From Candidatus Latescibacterota bacterium (lineage in GTDB: Bacteria; Latescibacterota; UBA2968; UBA8231), in assembly GCA_965243025.1 (NCBI GenBank), contig CBDETY010000003.1, forward strand, positions 3,968,001 to 4,032,000: 64,000 bases of DNA. The letters run 5' to 3'. Position 1 is the stretch's first letter, and every line of letters starts with the position of its first letter. The notes under the pieces are model-generated. The model had not been told where the DNA came from and did not search any database. It saw only the letters and a program-made list of their open reading frames with translations. The translations under genes were made by a program, and so were the position numbers. Positions 17,801-27,211 of this stretch are shown in pieces.

Positions 17801-20752
17801 ATGCCGCCCGCGAGCCTGCTGACCACAGTCGTCCTGGCGGCCCTGATCGCCGCCCCGGCGTTCGCTCAGCAAAGCCCCCCCGGCCTGGACTGGCGGCGCA
17901 TCCGGACGGAGCGGTTCAACGTCATTTTCCCCGCGGCGATCACCGAAGATGCCCAGCGCGCAGCCAATACGCTCGAGCACATCTACGGCCCGGTCTCCAA
18001 GACCCTGAAGGGTCCCCGGAAGCGGCTGGACGTGGTGCTGGCCAACCAGTCGGCTCAGGCCAACGGCTTCGTCGCCCTGGCGCCGCGCCGCAGCGTCTGG
18101 TTCAGCACCCCGCCCCAGGACGCGGGGCGGCTCAGCGGCGATTGGTACCAGCTGCTGGCCGTCCACGAGATGCGCCACGTGGTGCAGTTCGACCGCATGC
18201 GCCGGGGCCTGGTCCGCCTGGCCTGGCTCTTCTTCGGCGAACAGGGCCACTCCATTGCGGGATTGCTGGTGCCGCCGTGGTTCTGGGAAGGGGATGCGGT
18301 GGGAATCGAGACGGCATTGAGCCGGACCGGTCGCGGGCGCATACCCCGGTTCGGACTGCACATCCGCGCCCTGCTTCTGGAGGGACGGCGCTACTCCTAC
18401 TACAAGGCCCACCACCGCTCGTACCGCGACTGGTACCCCGGTCACTATCCGCTGGGGTATTTCCTGACGACCTACGTCAAGCGCCGCCATGGCGCCGGGA
18501 CCTGGGACAAGGTGCTGGGCCGCACCGCCCGTTGGGGGTTCCATCCCTTTGCCTTCAGCCGCGCCCTCGGGAAGTACACCGGGGCCAGCGCCGCCCGCAC
18601 CTACGAGCGCACCATGGACGAGCTGGCCGGGCTGTGGCGGACCCGGCAGGAAGGCCTTCCCACGACGCCGTTGCGATTGCTCGCCGGGCAGAGCAGGCCG
18701 GGGGTCTGGACAAACTACGAGTACCCGCAACCCCTGGCCGACGGCAGCGTGCTGGCGAGCAAGAGCGGCCTCGCCGACCCGTGGACGCTGGTTCGCCTGC
18801 ACCCCGGCGGCCGCGAGGAACGCCTGCGCTTCTACCAGTCCCTCGGCGGCATCCGCGCCGGCGGCGGCCTGGCGGCCTGGAACCGCTCCACCCCGGACCG
18901 GCGCTGGGGCTTCCGCGACTTCTCCGACGTGGTGGTGCTGGACATCGACAGCGGCCGCATGCGCCAAATCACCCGGAAGGCCAGGCTGTTCGCGCCTGCT
19001 CCTTCTCCCGACGGCGCACGCGTTGCGGCCGTCGAGTTCGGACCGGACCGGCGCTGCCACCTCGTGCTGCTGGAGACTGCCAGCGGCGCCGGGCAGGCCC
19101 GTTTCCCGGCGCCCGACGGGGTCTTCTGGCGCACTCCGGCATGGTCGCCGGACGGGCGCCATATCGCCGTGGTGCGGCAGGACGAACAGGGCAACGCCCT
19201 GGAGCTCATCGACCTTGCCGACGGCCGGGGACGGATCGTGCTGCCGCACACCCACGCCGACATCGGCTGGCCGGTTTTCTGGGGTTCCTACCTGCTGTTC
19301 GACTCACCCCAAGGGGGCATCGACAACATCCACGCCGTCCACATGCCGGACGGGGCCCGCTACCGGGTGACCTCCCGGCCGCTGGCGGCCACCCACGCGG
19401 CGGTTGCCGGCGATTCGCTCCTGTTCCAGGAGTACACCGTCGACGGCTACCGCGTCGCCGCAATGCTCCTGGACCCGGCGGCCTGGACGCCGGCCGGGCA
19501 GGCCCCCGACCGCCAGTTGCGGTATTTCGAACCGCTGATCGACCAGGAGCAGGGCGGCCCCGTGCTGGCGGACATTCCGCAGCGGGTCTATCCGGTGAGC
19601 CGCTACCGGCCGCTGGGCAATCTGCTCAACGTCCACAGTTGGTCCTTCAGTCCCTTGCCGCCGTCTTATGCCCTGAGTCTCACCTCCAACGATCTTCTCG
19701 ACCTCAGCAGCATGCGAGGCGGGGTCGAATACAACAGCAACGAGAGCGCTTTCAGCGTCCTGGGGGATTTCAGCCTGGCGGCGTGGTATCCCGTTTTCAG
19801 CTTCGGCGGGCGCTGGGGCGAGCGGGCAGGAGAGTACGTGCTCAAAACGCGAGAGGTGGAAGACGGCAGCCTCGAGGTCACCGAGACAGAAGAGACGGAC
19901 AGGTGGAGCGAGAAGAGCCTGAGCGCCGGCGTCGACCTGCCCCTGAATCTGTCCCGCGGCCCCTGGCAGTCTTCCATCCAGTTGAGCGCCCGGGCGGAAT
20001 GGACCGATATCGCCGGCAGGGACGACCTCAACCGGCCCGGGGACGACCTCTACTGGCCGGACCCGGGCAGCCTGGAACAGGCAGTCCGGGACACCCTCAC
20101 CAAAAACCACAACGGGCGTTTCGCCCCGCTGACCTGGCGGCTGGTCTTCGCGCGGTCGCGCCACTCCGCGCCGCGCGACCTGGCCCCGGCCCGGGGGCAG
20201 GGCCTGATGCTGACCTGGCGCCACACCCCCTTTGCGGGGGACTTCGCCGGCACCTTGCTGTCGGGGCGGCTGCGACTGCTCTTCCCCGGCATGGCGGCTC
20301 ATCACAGCCTGCGGGTGGCCGGCGGTTACGAATGGCAGGATCCGGGCGCGGCCGATGCCCTCCCCTACCGCTTTGCCAGCGAACAGACCTTTGTCCGCGG
20401 CTACGGCTACCGCTTCCACCGCCGCTTTCTCCGGGGCACGGCCGACTATGGGCTGCCGCTGTTCTACCCGGACTGGAACCTGGGGGCGCTGGCGTTCTTC
20501 CAGCGGGTCAAGGTCAGCTTCTTTTACGATTACGGACGCGGCGAGGGGGGCTTCCGGCCTCCCAGGACCTACCAGACCGCCGGCGCCGAGCTGACCGCCG
20601 ATTTCAACCTCTTCTCGCTGCCGGTTCCCCTGGATATGGGCCTGCGCTGCACCCGCCGTTTCGAAGAGGGGGACTGGCACTTCGGAGCTGTGGTGAATCT
20701 TCCCGGCTCTTCCGGTTTCGCCGGCAGTGTTCTCTCTGGATTCACCCCCTGA
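17801..20752 (+). CDS. Secreted/outer-membrane protein: HExxH metallopeptidase-like domain, TolB/PD40 beta-propeller, C-terminal Omp85-like barrel
   Basis: GGAGG RBS; signal peptide AFA-Q; HEMRH...PPWFWEG; repeats PAPSPDG and PAWSPDG; amphipathic C-terminal strands with VRGY and FYDYG. Confidence 0.65.
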   Translation: MPPASLLTTVVLAALIAAPAFAQQSPPGLDWRRIRTERFNVIFPAAITEDAQRAANTLEHIYGPVSKTLKGPRKRLDVVLANQSAQANGFVALAPRRSVWFSTPPQDAGRLSGDWYQLLAVHEMRHVVQFDRMRRGLVRLAWLFFGEQGHSIAGLLVPPWFWEGDAVGIETALSRTGRGRIPRFGLHIRALLLEGRRYSYYKAHHRSYRDWYPGHYPLGYFLTTYVKRRHGAGTWDKVLGRTARWGFHPFAFSRALGKYTGASAARTYERTMDELAGLWRTRQEGLPTTPLRLLAGQSRPGVWTNYEYPQPLADGSVLASKSGLADPWTLVRLHPGGREERLRFYQSLGGIRAGGGLAAWNRSTPDRRWGFRDFSDVVVLDIDSGRMRQITRKARLFAPAPSPDGARVAAVEFGPDRRCHLVLLETASGAGQARFPAPDGVFWRTPAWSPDGRHIAVVRQDEQGNALELIDLADGRGRIVLPHTHADIGWPVFWGSYLLFDSPQGGIDNIHAVHMPDGARYRVTSRPLAATHAAVAGDSLLFQEYTVDGYRVAAMLLDPAAWTPAGQAPDRQLRYFEPLIDQEQGGPVLADIPQRVYPVSRYRPLGNLLNVHSWSFSPLPPSYALSLTSNDLLDLSSMRGGVEYNSNESAFSVLGDFSLAAWYPVFSFGGRWGERAGEYVLKTREVEDGSLEVTETEETDRWSEKSLSAGVDLPLNLSRGPWQSSIQLSARAEWTDIAGRDDLNRPGDDLYWPDPGSLEQAVRDTLTKNHNGRFAPLTWRLVFARSRHSAPRDLAPARGQGLMLTWRHTPFAGDFAGTLLSGRLRLLFPGMAAHHSLRVAGGYEWQDPGAADALPYRFASEQTFVRGYGYRFHRRFLRGTADYGLPLFYPDWNLGALAFFQRVKVSFFYDYGRGEGGFRPPRTYQTAGAELTADFNLFSLPVPLDMGLRCTRRFEEGDWHFGAVVNLPGSSGFAGSVLSGFTP

Positions 20753-20838
20753 CCGGTGATCCGGCGCTTTCGGGCTCCGAGCCGACCGGACCGGCTCGAC
20801 CAGGTATCGGGCGGAGCCGCGCCGGAAACCGTTCTCCC

Positions 20839-22224
20839 ATGAACCCATCGCAGCCCGAACACCACACGGCCATCATCGTCGGCGGCGGACCCGCCGGCCT
20901 GGCGCTGGCTGTCGTGCTCGGGGGCTGGCACCCGCACTTTCGGGAAAGCCCGATCCTGCGGCAGCGGTACCCGCAGCTGGCAGATTTCCTGGCCCGGACC
21001 AGGGGAACCCTGCTGGGAATGGACTTCCGCAGCCTCGCCCCGCAGCTGGCCCCCGTCGACCTGTTCCGCATCCTCCACCACCCGAGGCAGCTGTTCGAGA
21101 ACCTCGCCCAGATCGCCATGGAGTTCCGCTCCGGCCCCGCCCTCGACTACCTGCTGATAACCCAGGAGGAGGTTGGCGGGGTGTGGAACAAGGTCCCGCA
21201 GAACCTGCTGACCCTGTCGCCGGGGCAGTGGATGGAGCTCGCCTTCCATCCCCTGGCGCAGCACGTCGAGGAGCGGTCCGTCGACCTCGACGACGTCAAC
21301 GACCTTATCCTCAAGCGCCACCTCGTCGACTACTACCGGGCGATTCCCGAACGCTTCGGACAGGAGTCCCGCATGCGCACCAACGAGCGCGTCGAGCGCA
21401 TCGAGCCCCACGAGGAGGGGTTCATGCTGACGACGCGGGACGTCTCCGGCTGGCACCGCCGGCGGCAGGCCCTGGGCACGAGGTCGGCCCCGGTGCCGCA
21501 GCCGTTCGAGAATCCTGGGGGCGGCCAGCTGCGCCGCTACACCTGCCGCTACCTCGTCTACGCCGCCGGGCAGCGCTGCATCCTGCGGCGGCTCGGGATC
21601 CCGGGGGAAGAGCTGCCCGGCGTGCACTGCTATTTCGACAAGGCGGAGGATTTCCCCGGGGAGCGGGTGCTCGTGATCGGCGGCGGCCGCTCCGCCGACT
21701 GGGCGGCCACCGAGCTCCACGACGCCGGCAGAAAGGTCTGCTACGCGATGCGTCAGCCCCGGGAGCGGCATTGGCGCCTCATCGGCGACAGCCGCGGGGG
21801 CCTTCCCTACTACGCCCGCATCGCCGAAATCATGGAGGGGGACCGGAGGCGGTTCGAAGCGCTCTACGAAACGCGGGCGGCGAAATTCGCTCCGTCGGGC
21901 GATGCGATCCTGGCGACCCTGGCGGGCAACGGCTCCGAGCGCCGCCTCGAGGTCGATCACGTCGTCAAGGAGATCGGCGGCTGGCCGGACTACTCGGTTT
22001 TCCAGGGATTCCCGCCGCTGCGCCTGTTCGAGAAGCACGACCCGTACCGGTTCCAGGTGCACCAGATGCGCACGCACCCCCACAACTACGAGTCGATCGA
22101 CGTCCCCGACCTGTACGCCGGGGGCTACCTCGCCCAGGACATCGGGCTGGTGGTGATCGCCATGCACGGAACGACCTACGCCATAGCGGGAGACATCCTG
22201 CAGAAGGAGAGGATGATACCATGA
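20839..22224 (+). CDS. FAD/NAD(P)-dependent oxidoreductase, OSGIN-like
   Basis: IIVGGGPAG; GGVW...TLSPGQWMEL; RLGIPGEELP; VLVIGGGRSA; LYAGG. Start ATG 20839. Confidence 0.75.
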   Translation: MNPSQPEHHTAIIVGGGPAGLALAVVLGGWHPHFRESPILRQRYPQLADFLARTRGTLLGMDFRSLAPQLAPVDLFRILHHPRQLFENLAQIAMEFRSGPALDYLLITQEEVGGVWNKVPQNLLTLSPGQWMELAFHPLAQHVEERSVDLDDVNDLILKRHLVDYYRAIPERFGQESRMRTNERVERIEPHEEGFMLTTRDVSGWHRRRQALGTRSAPVPQPFENPGGGQLRRYTCRYLVYAAGQRCILRRLGIPGEELPGVHCYFDKAEDFPGERVLVIGGGRSADWAATELHDAGRKVCYAMRQPRERHWRLIGDSRGGLPYYARIAEIMEGDRRRFEALYETRAAKFAPSGDAILATLAGNGSERRLEVDHVVKEIGGWPDYSVFQGFPPLRLFEKHDPYRFQVHQMRTHPHNYESIDVPDLYAGGYLAQDIGLVVIAMHGTTYAIAGDILQKERMIP

Positions 22225-23117
22225 TCGTCGACGTCCACACCCATCCGCCGCTCTACAAGGACCCCCTCACCGGTGCGCCGGACCAGTACAACCACGTCTG
22301 GCGCCCCGACCGGGCGGTCAAGGTGACCACCTGCTGGGACGACTACCTCGAAGCCCAGGAGCCGGCGGAGAAGTCGATCGTCTTCAGCATCGCCACCAAC
22401 CCGGGAGGAGAGCAGCCGAAGCTGCCCGGACTGGATGTGCCGGAGCAGGAGCCCTGGTACCGGGGCAACCTCAACGACGGCATCGCCGCCTTCGTCGCCG
22501 CCCACCCGGAGCGCCTGATCGGCTTCATGACCCTGCACCCGTACGACCCGGGCGCGCTCGAGGAGCTGGAGCGCTGCCACGGCGACCTCGGCCTCGCCGG
22601 CGTCAAGCAGGGGGCCAACTACCAGAACTTCGACCCGTTCGACCCCCGCGCCCTGGCGATCTACGCCGAGGCGGAGAGACGGGGCCTGCCGCTGATGCTG
22701 CACCAGGGGACCTCGCCCATCCGCGACGCCCCGATCCGCTACGCCCACCCGCTGCTCATCGACGAGCTTGCCACCCGCTACCCGGAGCTGAAGATCATCA
22801 TGGCCCACCTCGGCCATCCCTGGCAGACCGAGACCTGCGTCGTGGTGCGCAAGCACCCCAACGTCTACACCGACCTGTCGGGGAACTTCTACCGCCCGTT
22901 CTCGTTCTGGGAGCAGATGATCAAGGCGACGGAGTGGAACGTGCTCGACAAGATCCTTTTCGGGTCCGACTACCCGATCGCCACGGCGCGGGAGACCGTC
23001 GACCACATCCGCCGGGTCAACGACATCGTCGAGGGGACGAAGCTGCCCCGGGTGCCGGAGGACAGGCTCGAGGAGATCATCCACCGTGACAGCCTGGGAA
23101 TTCTGGGGCTCGGCTGA
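22221..23117 (+). CDS. Amidohydrolase family 2 protein
   Basis: MIVDVHTH; LHQG; MAHLGHPW; ILFGSDYP; ATGA overlap with upstream gene. Confidence 0.88.
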   Translation: MIVDVHTHPPLYKDPLTGAPDQYNHVWRPDRAVKVTTCWDDYLEAQEPAEKSIVFSIATNPGGEQPKLPGLDVPEQEPWYRGNLNDGIAAFVAAHPERLIGFMTLHPYDPGALEELERCHGDLGLAGVKQGANYQNFDPFDPRALAIYAEAERRGLPLMLHQGTSPIRDAPIRYAHPLLIDELATRYPELKIIMAHLGHPWQTETCVVVRKHPNVYTDLSGNFYRPFSFWEQMIKATEWNVLDKILFGSDYPIATARETVDHIRRVNDIVEGTKLPRVPEDRLEEIIHRDSLGILGLG

Positions 23118-23229
23118 TTGCAGGGGAAGGTGGTGTTGCGACTGGGTGCCTGGCGCGGAAGGTTGGCTGCACCATTGTTGTCCCAAGGCACCGCACGGTG
23201 TCGCCGGGCGTTGCCCGGTCCATTGCAAT

Positions 23230-23448
23230 CCGGACCCGAGCTCCCTTGAGGCTGTTGATGTTCCTGCCGACAGCACCTTGTCCACGATCCTGCTGGTTCG
23301 CCCGTCTCGCAGCCGCTCTGTCCGGCTCAACCTCGTGGTCGATGCCGGCGTGGCCACTGTAATCAACTCGGAAGCCAGGCGCCGCGGCATGACCCGCAAG
23401 AGCTACGTGGAGTGGATGGTCAGGCGCACCGCTCAGATGGGCGGATAA
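23230..23448 (+). pseudogene. 5'-truncated HicB-family antitoxin (RHH C-terminus)
   Basis: PDPSSLEAV...SVRLNLVVDAGVATVINSEARRRGMTRKSYV matches HicB linker plus RHH; the N-terminal FPDLPG domain and a start codon are missing. Confidence 0.55.
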
Positions 23449-23488
23449 GTCGACTGCATTCAGGGGGTCAACGGCATCGTCGAGGGGA

Positions 23489-23767
23489 TTACGCTCCGGA
23501 GTGGCCGAGGTCCTTGTCCGGGCTGACGCGGTCCCGCACCAGTTGCTTGAGCTCCTTCATCTCCGGGAAGCGGCCGCGTTCCTCACGCGACCAGACCAGC
23601 TCCCCGCCGACGCGCACCTCGAAGACGCCGGGGTCGCCCGGCACCAGCGCCACCTCGCCGAGCTCTTCGGCGAACGTGGTCAGCAGCTCCTGGGCGGTCC
23701 AGGCGGCCCGCAGCAGCCACCGGCACTTGACGCAGTACCTGATTTCGACGCGGGGCGTGTGAATCAT
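23489..23767 (-). CDS. SelT/SelW/SelH (Rdx) family protein
   Basis: YCVKC, WLLRAAWTAQELL, GVFEV, FPE, RDRVSPDKDLGH. Confidence 0.92.
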   Translation of the reverse strand: MIHTPRVEIRYCVKCRWLLRAAWTAQELLTTFAEELGEVALVPGDPGVFEVRVGGELVWSREERGRFPEMKELKQLVRDRVSPDKDLGHSGA

Positions 23768-24420
23768 GCCTGAAGGGTCTCCAGCCAGGTACGCATCCGC
23801 GCCGGATCCTCGCCGAACATCAGCGACCCCGGGACGATGAAGTCGGCGCCGGCCGCGGCGATCTGCGGCACGGTGTGGCGGCGGATTCCCCCGTCCGCCT
23901 CGACCAGGGTACGGTGGCCGCCGCCGTCGATGGCGGCGCGGCAGCGGCGGATGCGCCCGGGGACCGCCGGGTCCATGTCCGCTCCCTTGATGCCGATCTC
24001 GGTGCCGACGACGGTGACGGTGTCGAGCTGCGGCCAGAACGGGTCCACTACACCGGGGTCGTCGCCGAGGGCCAGGGAGATTCCCGGAAGGGCCCCGGCC
24101 TCGCGCACCGCGGCGATCGTTTCGGGGATGCCGCTGCCGGTTCCGGGGTAGAAGATGACGACGTCAGCCCCGGCGGAGACGAACGGCTCCACCCAGATCA
24201 GCGGGTCGCGGGTGATCAGGTGAACCTCGAACGGCAGCCGGGTGTGCGGCCGCAGCGCGGCCACGAGATCGGGGAAGAACAGCATGGTGTCGACGAGGCG
24301 GCCGTCGGCGGCGTCGAGGTGGAAGCGCTCGCAGTACGGCTCGACGCGGCGGATCTCTTCGGCAAGCCGCGACAGGTCCGCGGACCAGAGGGAAGCCGAG
24401 CAGCGAAGCCTGCGCGCCAT
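23764..24420 (-). CDS. Ribulose-phosphate 3-epimerase family protein
   Basis: SLWSAD, HLDAADG, EVHL, EADGGI, VPGS. Confidence 0.85.
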   Translation of the reverse strand: MARRLRCSASLWSADLSRLAEEIRRVEPYCERFHLDAADGRLVDTMLFFPDLVAALRPHTRLPFEVHLITRDPLIWVEPFVSAGADVVIFYPGTGSGIPETIAAVREAGALPGISLALGDDPGVVDPFWPQLDTVTVVGTEIGIKGADMDPAVPGRIRRCRAAIDGGGHRTLVEADGGIRRHTVPQIAAAGADFIVPGSLMFGEDPARMRTWLETLQA

Positions 24421-24426
24421 CGCCGC

Positions 24427-25257
24427 TCAGGCCGGCAGCCGGGAGCGCAGGAAGGCGACGCTGTCGGCGACCTGGTCCTCGTCGAGGCCGTGCAGGATCA
24501 GCGGGACCGGCTCTGCGAGCTGCCCCAGCAGGGAGAGGTAGAGGTCGTAGTCGAGCAGCCCGGTGCCGGCGGCGAGGTTGCCGGCCTCGCCGTCCCGGTC
24601 GAGGTCCTTGGCGTGGGCCAGGGCGATGTCGCCGGCGAGGAGGTCGAACGCCTCCTTCAGAATCTCCCCCATGCGCGGCAGCTCCCCCTCGTGGTAGATG
24701 TTGGCGCCGTCGATGACGACCCCGAGCCGGGGCGAGGCGACCTCGTCGAGGAGGCGGCGCGCCTTGCGGCTCGAATCGACGACGTTGGCGACCTCCGGCT
24801 CGAAGCCCAGGGTGACCCCGGTCTCCTCGGCCAGCGGCAGCACCGAGGCGAGCGACTCGACCAGGTCGTTCCAGGCCTCCGGGGTGCCGTTGTCCGGGTG
24901 AGGGTCCCACATGCGCCCGGGGTTGCGGGTGCCGGTGCAGAGGGTGATCACCGGCGCCCCGAGCCGCGGGCAGGCGGCGATCAGCCGGCGCAGGCGCTCC
25001 AGGCCCTGCCGCCGCTGCTCGAGGTCGGGGTGGATCATGTTGAAGGTCCCCGAGACCGCCGCCATCGACACCCCGCGCAGGGCCATCTGACCGCTGACGT
25101 GGCCGCAGAGCGAATCGTCGATGCTCTCGGGCAGGGTCTCCATGCCGGCGGTCTCGAAGTTGAACTGGACGCAGGTGAGACCGTGAAAACGGACGGCGTC
25201 GAACACCTCCTCCATGAGGGGGCGCTCGAAGTGCTTCGAGAAGATTCCCAGTTCCAT
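24427..25257 (-). CDS. Sugar phosphate isomerase/epimerase (AP endonuclease 2 TIM barrel)
   Basis: Start ATG 25257 (TGATG overlap); FEPE, DGAN, HAKD, AGTGLLDY. Confidence 0.85.
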   Translation of the reverse strand: MELGIFSKHFERPLMEEVFDAVRFHGLTCVQFNFETAGMETLPESIDDSLCGHVSGQMALRGVSMAAVSGTFNMIHPDLEQRRQGLERLRRLIAACPRLGAPVITLCTGTRNPGRMWDPHPDNGTPEAWNDLVESLASVLPLAEETGVTLGFEPEVANVVDSSRKARRLLDEVASPRLGVVIDGANIYHEGELPRMGEILKEAFDLLAGDIALAHAKDLDRDGEAGNLAAGTGLLDYDLYLSLLGQLAEPVPLILHGLDEDQVADSVAFLRSRLPA

Positions 25258-26348
25258 CAGACGCCTCCTTCGACGTCGGCGACCGCGACCCTGGCTCCAC
25301 CCCTTCGGGACGATTGGGAAACCGCCACGAGGGCGCGCACCGCGGCGGTGCCGTCGTCGGCGTCGGCCCCGTGCTGCGGCTCCCCCCTGAGAACGGCGTC
25401 GGCGAACCCTTCGAGCTGCAGCCGGTAGGTGTAGGCGTCCTCCCCGAGGGGGCGGCGGTACACCCCGTCCTTCTGCGAGAAGCACTCGACGTAGCTCGAC
25501 TTGTGATACCAGATCAGCCCGCCCCTTGCCAGGACGCTGCCGTGCTCGCCGATGGCGCGGAAGCCGAACTCGACGTCCCCGCGCTGCGGTACGCAGAGGT
25601 CGAGGTGGCCGAGGCAGCCGTCGGCGTACTCGACGGCGACGAACCAGCAATGGGAGCCGGCGCGCTGGAGGTGGCGGGCGCTGACCGCGGCGATCGGCCC
25701 CCCGGCGAAGCGGGCGGCGTCGAAGGCATGGGCGCCGTGCGTCATCAACAGGTAGCGTTGGCGGTCCGCTTTGGGATCGGCCTCGGGCCGCTTCGAGCCT
25801 TCGCTGGCGGCGATCACCGGCAGCAGGTTGTCCGTCATCGTGTAGCGGTCGGCCGAGTCGTAGTACCACACCTTGATGGCGACGCGCTCCCCCATCTCGG
25901 CGGCGATGAAGTCGCCGGCGAAGCGGAAGCCGGGGTCGAAGCGCCAGTTGTTGCCGACCTGAAGCGTCACCCCGGCCTCGCGGACCCTGGCGCGCAGCTC
26001 CTCGCACTCCTCGACGGAGGTGCCGAGCGGCTTCTCGACGAGGACGTGCTTGCCGGCCGCGACCGCCTCCAGGCTCAGCGGCACGTGGAAGGGGTCGCTG
26101 GTGGCGACGACGACGGCCTCCACCCGGGGGTCGGCGAGCATGGCGGCGTAGTCGCGGTAGGCAACCGCCGGCTCGTGCACGGCGGCCATCTTCTCGACCA
26201 GGTCCGCGGCGGCGTCGCAGATGGCGTAGAGCTCGGTGTTGCGCCCCTTGCGGCAGGCGTCGAGGTGAGCCATCTGGGCGATCGGCCCGCAGCCGAGAAC
26301 GCCTACCCGAAGGAGGCGGTCCTCCCTGGGGACTGGATTGCTTGACAT
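25257..26348 (-). CDS. Gfo/Idh/MocA family oxidoreductase
   Basis: Start ATG 26348; VGVLGCGPIA; GKHVLVEKP; HGAHAFD. Confidence 0.88.
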   Translation of the reverse strand: MSSNPVPREDRLLRVGVLGCGPIAQMAHLDACRKGRNTELYAICDAAADLVEKMAAVHEPAVAYRDYAAMLADPRVEAVVVATSDPFHVPLSLEAVAAGKHVLVEKPLGTSVEECEELRARVREAGVTLQVGNNWRFDPGFRFAGDFIAAEMGERVAIKVWYYDSADRYTMTDNLLPVIAASEGSKRPEADPKADRQRYLLMTHGAHAFDAARFAGGPIAAVSARHLQRAGSHCWFVAVEYADGCLGHLDLCVPQRGDVEFGFRAIGEHGSVLARGGLIWYHKSSYVECFSQKDGVYRRPLGEDAYTYRLQLEGFADAVLRGEPQHGADADDGTAAVRALVAVSQSSRRGGARVAVADVEGGV

Positions 26349-26374
26349 GGCCGGGGCGGTTGCGGGGCGGGCCC

Positions 26375-27211
26375 TTACCCGGTCCTGGGGGCGGGAATCC
26401 CGTTCCCTTCCGGGCGTTCCCGGTGCCGCCAGTACCCGGACGGGTCGCTGCCCCTGACGATGATGCCGACAGGGGCGAGGTTCTCCTCGAAGCGCACGTC
26501 CGGGGGGTTGTAGCGCAGGGTCAGGCCGCAGCGCCTGCGCGCCGAGCTGTTCGGCACCGAGCCGTGCAGCAGCAGGTCGCTGTGCAGGGAAACCTGGCCC
26601 GCCCTCATCACGAACGGGACCGGCTCGTCCCCCCAGTCGAGCGGGTTCGGCACCGACTGGCTGAGCACGTTGGCAGACATGTCCCCCAGCTTCTCGTACG
26701 GGATCTGGCCGTGCAGGTGGGAGCCGGGGATCACCGTCATCGGCCCGTTGTCCATGCCGACGTCGTCGATCGCCAGCCACACGGTCACGATCCTGCTCGG
26801 GGTGATCGCCCAGTAGGAAGCGTCCTGGTGCCAGGCGACCTGCTTGGTCTCCCCCGGTTCCTTGCAGAAGAAATGGGTCATGGTGCAGACGAGGTCCGGT
26901 CCGAGCAGGTCCTCGACGTAATCGACGATGCGGGGCTCGACCGCGAGATCGTAGATGCGGGAACAGTACTTGTCCCAGCCGTTGATCGAATAGCTGTTGT
27001 GGCCGGCGGCGGCGGCCCGCTGCATCAGGTCGTCGAACCAGGCGCGGTTCGCCCCGGCCTCGGACTCGTCGAAGACGTCGAGGGGAAAGACGAACCCCTT
27101 CTCGTTGAACTGGTCGACCTGGGCGCGGGTGAGGGTTTTCGGGTTGCTGTTCTCCGCGGGGAAGAAGCGCAGGTCCCGCTCCATCCGGGGGTGGGCGTCG
27201 GTCAGCAGCAT
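26375..27211 (-). CDS. PhyH family Fe(II)/2OG dioxygenase
   Basis: FNEKGFV; WHQDASYW; VWLAIDD; NGPMTVIPGSH; LLLHGS; RRCG. Start ATG 27211. Confidence 0.9.
   Translation of the reverse strand: MLLTDAHPRMERDLRFFPAENSNPKTLTRAQVDQFNEKGFVFPLDVFDESEAGANRAWFDDLMQRAAAAGHNSYSINGWDKYCSRIYDLAVEPRIVDYVEDLLGPDLVCTMTHFFCKEPGETKQVAWHQDASYWAITPSRIVTVWLAIDDVGMDNGPMTVIPGSHLHGQIPYEKLGDMSANVLSQSVPNPLDWGDEPVPFVMRAGQVSLHSDLLLHGSVPNSSARRRCGLTLRYNPPDVRFEENLAPVGIIVRGSDPSGYWRHRERPEGNGIPAPRTG

Noticed and set aside
18142-20838. 1360-aa ORF 18142..22224 as one giant protein
   Set aside because: The first ~900 codons are an Arg/Pro/Gly-rich shadow frame over the 17801..20752 gene; the real protein starts at ATG 20839.
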